Of a stretch of 64,000 nt of DNA, positions 45,254 to 53,695 are shown piece by piece. Origin of the DNA: Gammaproteobacteria bacterium (GTDB lineage: Bacteria > Pseudomonadota > Gammaproteobacteria > Thiohalospirales > Thiohalospiraceae). Numbering within the stretch: the stretch's first letter is position 1; each line of letters begins with the position of its first letter. A model generated the notes under the pieces. The model saw only the letters and a program-made list of their open reading frames with translations, searched no databases and was not told where the DNA came from. The stretch is from NCBI GenBank assembly GCA_014762495.1, contig JABURT010000070.1, forward strand, positions 82,638 to 146,637, read 5' to 3'. The position numbers were made by a program, and so were the translations under genes.

Positions 45254-46477
45254 ATGACTGAACCAGCTGCCGAACTCAAGCGCAGTATTTCACTGCCCCT
45301 ACTCACCTTCTACGGCCTGGGAACCATACTGGGCGCCGGAATTTACGTGCTGGTGGGCGAGGTGGTGGCGGTGGCGGGAATACGTGCCCCCATCGCCTTC
45401 CTGGTGGCGGCTGTTCTCGTGGTCTTCACCGCCTTCTCCTACGCCGAGCTCTCCTCACGCTTCCCGCGCAGCGCCGGCGAAGCGGTCTACATGATGGAGG
45501 CCTTTCACAACCGGCGTTTTGCTCTGATCATGGGCCTGCTGGTGATACTTATCGGGCTGGTCTCCTCGGCCACCATCGTCAACGGCTTCGTCGGCTACTT
45601 TCGGGTCTTCCTGGAGTGGCCGCCGTGGTTGATCATCATCCTTTTGGTGGCGGCGCTGGGGACACTGGCGGCCTGGGGGATCAGCGAGTCGGTGTGGGTT
45701 GCTACGGTTGTGACCGTGCTTGAGATCCTCGGGTTGTTCCTGATTGTATGGGTGGCGGGGGACTCGCTCGCGACATTACCCGCGCGGCTGCCCGAGTTTA
45801 CCCGAGAGGGAATCACCGAGGGTGTCTGGATTGGTATCTTCGCCGGGGCCTTTCTCGCCTTCTATGCCTTCATTGGCTTCGAGGACATGGTCAACGTCGC
45901 CGAGGAGGTGAAAGAGCCTCGCCGCAACCTTCCCTGCGGCATCCTGCTGGCCCTGGTGCTCTCCAGTTCGCTCTATGTGCTGGTGGTGCTGGTGAGTGTC
46001 CTCGCCATGCCGGTAACCGAGCTGGCAGGACAGACGGCCCCCTTGGCCCGGGTGTATGAATACCGTACCGGTGAGCATCCCACGCTTATCAGTCTCATTA
46101 GCCTGGTGGCGGTGATAAATGGCGCACTCATCCAGATCATCATGGCCTCGCGCGTGCTCTACGGCCTGAGCTGGCAGGGCTGGTTGCCGACCATTTTCAG
46201 CCGCGTCCACCCGCGACGGCGGACGCCGCTGTACGCCACCGCGCTGGTGGTGGTACTGGTGTTGGTGCTGGCCCTATGGTTTCCCCTCATCACCCTGGCC
46301 AAGGCCACCAGCCTGGTGACACTCGTCGTGTTCGCCCTGGTCAACTTGTCACTGATACGGGTTAAGCGTCGTGATCGGCATCCCGCGGGGGCCTGGGTGG
46401 TGCCAGTCTGGGTGCCCGTATTCGGATTCTTGGTAAGTGCGGCCTTCGTGATCTACCAGCTGGTGTTGGGGGCCTAG
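45254..46477 (+). CDS. APC-family amino acid permease
   Basis: 407 aa, about 12 TM helices. LLTFYGLGTILGAGIYVLVGEV is the APC signature region. Confidence 0.75.
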   Translation: MTEPAAELKRSISLPLLTFYGLGTILGAGIYVLVGEVVAVAGIRAPIAFLVAAVLVVFTAFSYAELSSRFPRSAGEAVYMMEAFHNRRFALIMGLLVILIGLVSSATIVNGFVGYFRVFLEWPPWLIIILLVAALGTLAAWGISESVWVATVVTVLEILGLFLIVWVAGDSLATLPARLPEFTREGITEGVWIGIFAGAFLAFYAFIGFEDMVNVAEEVKEPRRNLPCGILLALVLSSSLYVLVVLVSVLAMPVTELAGQTAPLARVYEYRTGEHPTLISLISLVAVINGALIQIIMASRVLYGLSWQGWLPTIFSRVHPRRRTPLYATALVVVLVLVLALWFPLITLAKATSLVTLVVFALVNLSLIRVKRRDRHPAGAWVVPVWVPVFGFLVSAAFVIYQLVLGA

Positions 46478-46483
46478 GCACGT

Positions 46484-47275
46484 ATGCCCGAGAGCTGGCT
46501 CCTCTATCCCCTGCTAGGTGCCCTGGCGGGGAGCCTGGCCGGGTTGCTCGGCGTCGGTGGTGGTCTGATTATCGTGCCGGTCCTGGCATGGAGCTTCGTC
46601 TCGCTGGAGATGTCGTCCGCTCATATTATGCACCTGGCCATCGGGACATCGCTGGCCACCATCGTCATGACATCGCTTGCCTCTATACGTGCCCATCATC
46701 GACGCGGGGCGGTACGCTGGGAGCTGTTTCGGCGCCTGTGGCCTGCCATCGCCATAGGCGCCCTGGTCGGCGCAGCGATCGCCGATGCCCTGCAAAGCCA
46801 GTGGCTAAGGCGGTTCTTCGGCGTGTTCGAGTTAATGGTGGCGGCGCAAATGGCCTTTGGCTTCAAGCCCTCGACACATCGGGAATTGCCCGGCATCGCG
46901 GGGATGGGCGTGGCAGGGGGGATCATCGGATCGGTTTCCGCCATTGTCGGTATTGGTGGAGGCACGCTGACGGTTCCGTTTCTGAGCTGGTGCAATGTCG
47001 CGATGCGCGAGGCGGTGGCTACCTCCGCCGCCTGCGGTTTACCCATCGCTGTGGCTGGCGCCATTGGTTTTCTGTTGACCGGCCTCGATGCAGGGGGCCT
47101 GCCTCCCTATAGCAGCGGTTACCTTTACTGGCCGGCCTTGATAGGCATCGCGGTGACCAGTGTCCTGTTTGCGCCGTTGGGTGCAGCACTGGCACATCGC
47201 CTGCCAGCGGCCGGGCTCAGACGTATCTTCGCCCTGCTATTGGCGGGGATTGGGTTGCAGTTTTTACTTGGGTAG
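46484..47275 (+). CDS. TauE/SafE (TSUP) family sulfite/anion exporter
   Basis: 263 aa with internal duplication: GLLGVGGGLIIVPVL and IVGIGGGTLTVPFL. Confidence 0.75.
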   Translation: MPESWLLYPLLGALAGSLAGLLGVGGGLIIVPVLAWSFVSLEMSSAHIMHLAIGTSLATIVMTSLASIRAHHRRGAVRWELFRRLWPAIAIGALVGAAIADALQSQWLRRFFGVFELMVAAQMAFGFKPSTHRELPGIAGMGVAGGIIGSVSAIVGIGGGTLTVPFLSWCNVAMREAVATSAACGLPIAVAGAIGFLLTGLDAGGLPPYSSGYLYWPALIGIAVTSVLFAPLGAALAHRLPAAGLRRIFALLLAGIGLQFLLG

Positions 47276-47287
47276 TGTCGATGGCAA

Positions 47288-48979
47288 TTATTTGCGGCTG
47301 ATGACGCCCTTGCGATAGGCGATCCAGGTGTCCTGCAGCATGAAGGTCCCCTTTTCCAGGTCCTCGTTGGTGATGCGGTTCACCTTGCCGAAGTTGAGGG
47401 TGACGTTGGCGTAGATCATATTGGTGACAATCAGGCGCGCCTTGCTGACACAGTCGGCGCTCTCCTCGATGAGCTTGCGTTCGTCCTTAAGTACCACCAG
47501 GTCATCGATGAGCTTCATCTGTGTGGCGACAATGCGATCGATGAGTCCGGGCTTGGCCTTGTCCGGGTTAACCTTGTAGAAGTTGGCCATCTTGTCGACA
47601 TCGGCGAGGGTCTTTTCCGCTTCCGCGATCTTGGCCTCGATCTCCTCGCTACGTTGTTCCGCGTCGGGGTCGAAACCGATATCGATGGTGGTATGGGCGG
47701 AGGCCGGTGAGCCGATGATGGGGGCCTGCACCAGCATCAGGGCGCGGGTCTTGCCTCCGACGATGGAGGCCTTGGCACTGCCGCCGCGCCCGCCTACCAC
47801 CACCTGGTTGCGTGAGGCGACCTCGCTGTGGCTGATGGTGTCACGGGCAATGACGCTGTCGCCGGCCTCGACATAGACATTCTTATAGAAACGCGCCATG
47901 ACATTGCCCTTGGCCGAGACATAGCCGGCGTCCATGCGTATCTTGCCCTTTTCGTCGCGGACCGCGCCGTGGCCAATGATGCCACCATTGACGGTAATGC
48001 TGCCCTCGGCCTCGAGCTTGGCGGCGTCGACCGTGCCCATGACATTGATGTCACCGCTGGCCTTGACCTTCATTCCCGATTTGACATCGCCCTTGACGAT
48101 GACGGTGCCATCGAATTCGATGTTGCCTGACTTGAGGTCGACACTATCGAGGTTAATAAGCTGTTCGACAAAGGCGCCACGCTCGGTGATGACCGGCATG
48201 CCACCGACATTGGCGATGAGGACATCCGGGTCCTGTGGATCGGGCTGTACCGATTTGTTGGTCTTGAGCTCCTTGTCCTTGCCCGGCTTGGCGGCAATGG
48301 GTTCGCCGGTCACGGTGTAACCGTCCTCGCCCTCGGTGGGCGGGACACGCCTGAGGACACGATCACCGGGAGAGACAGTATTGACGCCGCCGAATTCACG
48401 GTAGTCGACGGTATCATTATCGAGGATGGGCTGGCGTCGTTCGGAGATGTCCTCCACCAGACTGACAAAGCGGGTGTCCTTACCATCCACCGGCGCCTTG
48501 CCCTGGGCGATGACGAGTTCGTCCACCAGGGTCTTGCCCTGGTCTTCCACCACCTCTGCCACCACATCCTCCTGCACGCCATGGGTGACGCCCTGGGCCT
48601 TGAGCTGGGCGAGGATGGAGTCACGTGTCAAAGGCTGGCCGTTGCCGCTGGCATTGCGCACGATGGCCAGCGCGTTGAGTCGGTCCTTGGTCAGGGTAAT
48701 GTCCAGGGCACCGTCGCGATTGCCGCTGATCTGAAGGGTAAAGGCCTCGTTGTTAGCGCGTTGCTTGTGTACCACCTCGTTGAGCTTGTCCTGCCACAGG
48801 GGCAGGTGACTATAGCCCAGGGAGTCGATGAGCTTGCGCATCATCGGCAGTTCCAGAGGGGTAGCGGCCGGCCCCGGCGCAAAACTGACGGACAGTGAGG
48901 TATTGTCACCGGCCAGGGCGAAATTGAGGCCGAAGCGGTCCGGTGAAACATAGAGGTCTTCGTTCGTCGTATTATCCAA
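47288..48979 (-). CDS. DUF342 / FapA-family protein
   Basis: 563 aa. Beta-helix repeat region (GNIEFDGTVIVKGDVKSGMKVKASGDINVMGTVDAAKLEAEGSITVNGGIIG). C-terminal coiled coil. The first codon of the ORF is TTG, and the first in-frame ATG lies about 45 codons further in. Confidence 0.62.
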   Translation of the reverse strand: MDNTTNEDLYVSPDRFGLNFALAGDNTSLSVSFAPGPAATPLELPMMRKLIDSLGYSHLPLWQDKLNEVVHKQRANNEAFTLQISGNRDGALDITLTKDRLNALAIVRNASGNGQPLTRDSILAQLKAQGVTHGVQEDVVAEVVEDQGKTLVDELVIAQGKAPVDGKDTRFVSLVEDISERRQPILDNDTVDYREFGGVNTVSPGDRVLRRVPPTEGEDGYTVTGEPIAAKPGKDKELKTNKSVQPDPQDPDVLIANVGGMPVITERGAFVEQLINLDSVDLKSGNIEFDGTVIVKGDVKSGMKVKASGDINVMGTVDAAKLEAEGSITVNGGIIGHGAVRDEKGKIRMDAGYVSAKGNVMARFYKNVYVEAGDSVIARDTISHSEVASRNQVVVGGRGGSAKASIVGGKTRALMLVQAPIIGSPASAHTTIDIGFDPDAEQRSEEIEAKIAEAEKTLADVDKMANFYKVNPDKAKPGLIDRIVATQMKLIDDLVVLKDERKLIEESADCVSKARLIVTNMIYANVTLNFGKVNRITNEDLEKGTFMLQDTWIAYRKGVISRK

Positions 48980-49159
48980 CGAGGCAGGTCCTTGTCTCTA
49001 GAATCGAATTGTTCAGTAGTTTCAAGTCGGTATAACTATGACACGGGTCCCGTGGGGTCGCAAATACCCCTGCAATTGTGCTTGTAAAAACTTTGTTATT
49101 TACTTAACGAGTATCGTCTTGAACAATGAATCGTTTAGATAAGCACAGGATAGCCAGCG

Positions 49160-50116
49160 ATGTTCGGTGTCTTTCTCGACCGTGCCAGTCTCGATCTCGG
49201 GGACCTCGATTTTTCCGCCTTAAACGCAAGTCTGCCGTCATGGCAGTATTTCGAGCAGTCAACTCCCGATGCGGTGGTTGAGCACATCGCCGGTGCGGAG
49301 GTGGTAATCACCAACAAGGTGGTGCTCGAACGCCAGTGCCTTGAGCAGTCCAGTGGTCTCCGTCTCATATGCGTCGCCGCCACCGGCACCAACAATGTCG
49401 ACCTTAGGGTCGCCGCCGAGCGGGGAATCACAGTTTGCAATGTGCGCGCCTACGGTACCGCCTCGGTGGTGCAACATGTGTTTTCACTCATCACCGCCCT
49501 GTCCAACAACCTGCTTCATTATCACCAGGCGGTACAGAGCGGGCGCTGGCAACAGAGCGAACAGTTTTGTCTGATGGATTACCCGATCCGCGAGATCGCG
49601 GGCAAGGTGATGGGAATCGTCGGTTACGGCGAACTCGGCCAGGCTGTGGCGAGCCTAGCCGAGGCCTTTGGTATGGAGGTGCTGGTGGCCAACCGTCCAG
49701 GTGGCAAGTCGCAGCCCGGTCGCCTCGATCTGAACGATCTGCTGCCGCGAGTGGATGTGCTCAGCCTGCATTGTCCGCTCACCAAGGATACCCTCGGTCT
49801 CATCGGGGCCGCTGAATTGGCCCGAATGAAGGACGATGCCCTGCTCATCAATACCGCACGCGGCGGTATCGTCGATGAAGCGGCACTGGCCGAGTCACTG
49901 AGCCAGGGACGACTGGGTGGTGCCGGGTTCGATGTGTTGAGCGTGGAACCGCCACGAGAGGGCAATCCCCTGCTGGAAATCAATCTGCCAAACCTGATTG
50001 TCACCCCGCATATGGCCTGGGCCAGCCGTGAATCGCGCCAGCGTCTGCTGGACCAGGTGGCAAACAACGTCCGTGCCTTCATGGCGGGCACTCCCCACAA
50101 TGTGGTCACGGCATAG
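49160..50116 (+). CDS. D-isomer-specific 2-hydroxyacid dehydrogenase (glycerate dehydrogenase-like)
   Basis: NAD-binding GIVGYGELGQAV. Also NTARGGIVDE and TPHMAWAS. Confidence 0.85.
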   Translation: MFGVFLDRASLDLGDLDFSALNASLPSWQYFEQSTPDAVVEHIAGAEVVITNKVVLERQCLEQSSGLRLICVAATGTNNVDLRVAAERGITVCNVRAYGTASVVQHVFSLITALSNNLLHYHQAVQSGRWQQSEQFCLMDYPIREIAGKVMGIVGYGELGQAVASLAEAFGMEVLVANRPGGKSQPGRLDLNDLLPRVDVLSLHCPLTKDTLGLIGAAELARMKDDALLINTARGGIVDEAALAESLSQGRLGGAGFDVLSVEPPREGNPLLEINLPNLIVTPHMAWASRESRQRLLDQVANNVRAFMAGTPHNVVTA

Positions 50117-50128
50117 GAGTCTCTGTCC

Positions 50129-50452
50129 ATGGCATGGTTACAACTGAGTCTGGCCATCCTGCTCGAGGTGGCCGGTACCACCAGCATGAAACTCTCCGAG
50201 GGCTTCACTCGTCCAGTGCCTTCAGTGCTGTTGTTTGTGTTCTATGTGCTCAGCTTCGTTTTTCTTACCTTTGCCCTCAAACGGATCGAGGTCAGTGTCG
50301 CCTACGCTATCTGGGCCGGTGTCGGTACCGCGTTGGTGACGGTGGTGGGGATCCTCTTCTTCAAAGAGCCGCTGGGCTGGCTCAAGATGCTCTCTATAGC
50401 GCTGATTATTGCAGGCGTGGTCGGTTTGCAACTATCATCTCAACACAGCTGA
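50129..50452 (+). CDS. SMR-family small multidrug efflux protein (EmrE/QacE-like)
   Basis: 107 aa, 4 TM helices. Conserved membrane Glu in LAILLEVAGTTSMKLS. Confidence 0.85.
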   Translation: MAWLQLSLAILLEVAGTTSMKLSEGFTRPVPSVLLFVFYVLSFVFLTFALKRIEVSVAYAIWAGVGTALVTVVGILFFKEPLGWLKMLSIALIIAGVVGLQLSSQHS

Positions 50453-50455
50453 ACA

Positions 50456-50755
50456 GTGGATACTCCCTTGCAAGGCATCTATAGACGACTCCGCATCCTG
50501 CTCCTTGGCCTGGCCCTGGCCAGTGCACAGCAGCTGCTCATCGCGCATGAGCTGCAGGAGCATCTGATTGCCGAGCCGGAGGCCAGTGATTCATGTTCCT
50601 TCGTGCACGCACAGGCCACTGCTATTCCGGAACAGGCTGTAACCACTCCTCTTGTGCCGACCATGCATCCTCGTGTCGAGTTAACGACACAGGCCCCTGC
50701 TATTGAACCTTACCGCCACTACCAGTCACGCGCACCGCCCACCAACTCCCTCTAG
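50456..50755 (+). CDS. Hypothetical small protein with N-terminal hydrophobic helix (possibly exported)
   Basis: 99-aa ORF with a GTG start 4 nt after the SMR stop. LRILLLGLALASAQQLL, then AHELQEH...DSCSFVHAQ. No clear RBS, so coding status is uncertain. Confidence 0.35.
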   Translation: MDTPLQGIYRRLRILLLGLALASAQQLLIAHELQEHLIAEPEASDSCSFVHAQATAIPEQAVTTPLVPTMHPRVELTTQAPAIEPYRHYQSRAPPTNSL

Positions 50756-50830
50756 CCGACCTTTTATATCAATACGGTATTTACACTGCCCTCGTTGCGG
50801 CGAGGGGAGCAATCGCTATGGAGTATGAGC

Positions 50831-51979
50831 ATGAAGAAATTTACTAGCCTGCTTGCGGCCATTGCCGTGAGCAGTTCTGTCGAGGCCGTCGGTATCAGCG
50901 GCAACACCTATAACCCCGCCATCAGCCTGATCCTCGATGGGCGTTACGCCAGCTTTTCGCAGGACCCGGAGACCTACCGTCTGGCCGGTTTCCCTTTGGT
51001 GGGCGAGAGCGGTCCCGGCGAGGCAGGTCTGGCGTTGGGGGAATCGGAACTCAATCTCAGTGCCAACATTGACCACCTCTATTACGGACACATGACCGCC
51101 GCCTTTGCCCCCGAAGGTGAGCTTGAGGTGGAGGAGTCCTATGTACAGACCCTGGCGCTGGGCGGTGGTTTCAACCTCAAGGCCGGCCGTTTCCTCTCCA
51201 ATATCGGCTACCTTAATCGTCAGCATAAACACAGCTGGGATTTCGCCGATACCGCCCTGGCCTATCGCGGCATGCTCGGGGGTCGATACGCCGATGACGG
51301 CCTGCAGGTCACCTGGCTGGCGCCGACGCCCCTGTTCATGGAGTTGAGTGCCGAGGCCATGCGCGGCGAGGGTTACCCCGCCGCCGGGGCCGGCAATGAG
51401 GGCCTGGGTGCGAGTACCGCGGCCGTACACATCGGCGGTGATGTCGGCCACAGCCATAGCTGGCGCGCCGGCTATTCTGTCCTGAATGCCACGGCCGATG
51501 GCCGCGGCGAACTGGGTGGTGATCTGTTCACCGGGGACAGCCAGGTCAGCATTGTCGATGCGGTCTGGAAGTGGGCGCCCAATGGCAATCCGCGACAGAG
51601 AAACCTGGTGTTACAGGCCGAGTACCTGCAACGCCGCGAAAGTGGTGTCTTCGGGCCGGATGGTGGGCAACTCGCCTATACTGGCGATCAGTCCGGCTGG
51701 TATATACAGGCGGTTTACCAGTTCATGCCGCGCTGGCGCGTTGGTCTGCGTCAGGGGGGCTTGAGCAGCGACAATACCGGGGCCGGTGTCGCCGGCACCG
51801 AGCTCGACAGCGCCGGCCACTCGCCGGCACGTAGCTCGCTGATGCTGGACTTTTCCGCCAGTGAATACAGCCGCCTGCGCCTGCAATATAATCGCGATCA
51901 TTCTTCTGCCAGCGCCGATGAGCAGTGGATGTTGCAGTACACCATGAGCCTTGGCGCCCATGGTGCACATGCGTTCTAG
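50831..51979 (+). CDS. Outer-membrane beta-barrel protein with His-rich motifs
   Basis: Signal peptide MKKFTSLLAAIAVSSSVEA (ATG 50831, GGAG 7 nt upstream). Alternating beta-strand pattern. His clusters NRQHKHSWDF, GDVGHSHSW and a C-terminal LGAHGAHAF with terminal Phe. Confidence 0.65.
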   Translation: MKKFTSLLAAIAVSSSVEAVGISGNTYNPAISLILDGRYASFSQDPETYRLAGFPLVGESGPGEAGLALGESELNLSANIDHLYYGHMTAAFAPEGELEVEESYVQTLALGGGFNLKAGRFLSNIGYLNRQHKHSWDFADTALAYRGMLGGRYADDGLQVTWLAPTPLFMELSAEAMRGEGYPAAGAGNEGLGASTAAVHIGGDVGHSHSWRAGYSVLNATADGRGELGGDLFTGDSQVSIVDAVWKWAPNGNPRQRNLVLQAEYLQRRESGVFGPDGGQLAYTGDQSGWYIQAVYQFMPRWRVGLRQGGLSSDNTGAGVAGTELDSAGHSPARSSLMLDFSASEYSRLRLQYNRDHSSASADEQWMLQYTMSLGAHGAHAF

Positions 51980-51989
51980 GGGGCGAGGG

Positions 51990-52889
51990 ATGAAAATATT
52001 CAAATCGGTCCTGTTGCTAGGGTTCGCCATGGCAGCGGCTCCCGCCCTGGCCGAGCTCAAGGTCTTCGCCTGTGAGCCGGAGTGGGGCGCACTGGTACGT
52101 GAACTGGGTGGGGATCAGGTCGAGGTCTATACTGCGACCACGGCCTGGCAGGATCCCCATCGTGTCCAGGCCCGTCCGGGTCTGATTGCCCAGGCACGGG
52201 GCAGCGATCTGCTGGTCTGCAACGGCGCCGGACTGGAGGCAGGTTGGCTTCCGCTCCTGCTCCGACGGGCGTCCAATGCCGCCATACAACCTGGGCAGCC
52301 GGGTCACTTCCTCGCTGCAGAGCGGGTGGCGTTGAAGGAGGCACCGGCAGTCCTGGATCGCCGCCAGGGCGACGTTCACGCAGAAGGCAACCCACATATT
52401 ATTACCGACCCGAACCATGTGTTGACGGTGGCCAATGCGCTGGCTCCGGTACTGGTTAAGCTCGATGCGGAAAACGCCGAGGTCTATTTGCAGCGCCACG
52501 CGAGTTTTAGCCGACGCTGGCAACAGGCGGTACTTGAATGGGAGCGCCGTGCGCAACCCTTAAAGGGACAGGCACTGCTGGTGCAGCATGATAGCTGGAT
52601 ATATCTCGTCGGCTGGCTGGGGATGCGTCAGGTCGGGGTGCTGGAACCGGTGGCGGGGATCGCACCCGGTGCCGGTCATCTGGCCAGGGTGTTGTCGGGC
52701 TTGAAGGATGAAGAGGTGTCGATGGTCGTGCGTGCGGCCTACCAGGCCCCGCGTCCCACTCGTTGGGTCGCGGAGCAGTCGGGTATCCCGGAGGTGGTCC
52801 TGCCCTACACGGTGGGGGCCGAGGGAGCGGATGACCTGTTCGTACTCTACGAAACCACACTGGGCCGTATGCTGGAAGCCCTGCCATGA
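51990..52889 (+). CDS. Metal ABC transporter substrate-binding protein (ZnuA/TroA, cluster 9-like)
   Basis: Signal peptide MKIFKSVLLLGFAMAAAPALA. ACEPEWGALV, QDPHRVQARP, HAEGNPHIITDP and VQHDSWIYL follow the ZnuA-type metal-ligand spacing. Confidence 0.72.
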   Translation: MKIFKSVLLLGFAMAAAPALAELKVFACEPEWGALVRELGGDQVEVYTATTAWQDPHRVQARPGLIAQARGSDLLVCNGAGLEAGWLPLLLRRASNAAIQPGQPGHFLAAERVALKEAPAVLDRRQGDVHAEGNPHIITDPNHVLTVANALAPVLVKLDAENAEVYLQRHASFSRRWQQAVLEWERRAQPLKGQALLVQHDSWIYLVGWLGMRQVGVLEPVAGIAPGAGHLARVLSGLKDEEVSMVVRAAYQAPRPTRWVAEQSGIPEVVLPYTVGAEGADDLFVLYETTLGRMLEALP

Positions 52890-53647
52890 GTCCGGATACC
52901 TCCCTGGCCCTGATCCTGCCGGCCTTTTTGGCCGGTGCCCTGGTCCTGGCCAGTCACGTGCCCATGGGGCAGGTGGTGCTGGCGCGCGGCATTGTGTTTC
53001 TGGATCTGGCGGTGGCCCAGATCGCCACCCTGGGCCTGATCATGGCGCCCTTACTGGGTCTGGATGAAAGCGGCTGGCCCGGGCGTTTGCTGGTCTTTGC
53101 CGTCGCCATCGGCGGTGCCCTGCTCCTCAGTCTCAGTGATCGGCGCTGGCCCGAGGTGCAGGAGGCGGTGATCGGTAGCAGTTTCGTGGTCACGGCCTCA
53201 TTGCTGCTGGTCCTGCTGAGTCAGAATCCCCATGGCGGCGAGCGATTGGTGGATATGCTGGCCGGACAGATCCTGTGGGTGGGCTACGCTGACCTGGTGC
53301 CGCTGGCCCTGCTCACCACTGGGGTGCTTATGCTCTGGTGGCGTCTGCCAGGGTGGCGTTCGGGACCGGGTTTTTATCTATTATTCGCCATCATGATCAC
53401 CTCATCGGTACAGCTCGTGGGCGTCTATCTGGTCTTTAGCAGTCTTATCCTGCCCGCGCTGGTTACGCGCCGACTGGGACGCCGACGTACACTCTGGGGC
53501 TGGAGCTATGGCATGAGTGCCACACTTGTCGGCCTCCTGCTTTCTCTGTACTGGGACCTGCCGGCGGGTGCGGCCATCGTACTGTGCATGGCCCTGTTGC
53601 TACCGATATGGTCACTGGCGTTTCGACGTTTCGCGCTATCTACATGA
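52886..53647 (+). CDS. Metal ABC transporter permease (ABC-3 / ZnuB-like)
   Basis: 253 aa, about 8 TM helices. GIVFLDLAVAQIATLG is the ABC-3 signature region. It overlaps the SBP gene by 4 nt (ATGA). Confidence 0.72.
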   Translation: MSPDTSLALILPAFLAGALVLASHVPMGQVVLARGIVFLDLAVAQIATLGLIMAPLLGLDESGWPGRLLVFAVAIGGALLLSLSDRRWPEVQEAVIGSSFVVTASLLLVLLSQNPHGGERLVDMLAGQILWVGYADLVPLALLTTGVLMLWWRLPGWRSGPGFYLLFAIMITSSVQLVGVYLVFSSLILPALVTRRLGRRRTLWGWSYGMSATLVGLLLSLYWDLPAGAAIVLCMALLLPIWSLAFRRFALST

Positions 53648-53695
53648 CAAACGGTGTGGTTAAATCGGTAGGGCACTTATTGTAAGCGCAGGTTC

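Noticed and set aside
50756-50830. Zur/Fur-type operator upstream of the OMP-SBP-permease genes
   Set aside because: I saw no AT-rich palindrome resembling GAAATGTTATAATATAACATTTC or GATAATGATAATCATTATC. The only feature is a GC hairpin, CCCTCG-ttgcgg-CGAGGG, without a T-run.
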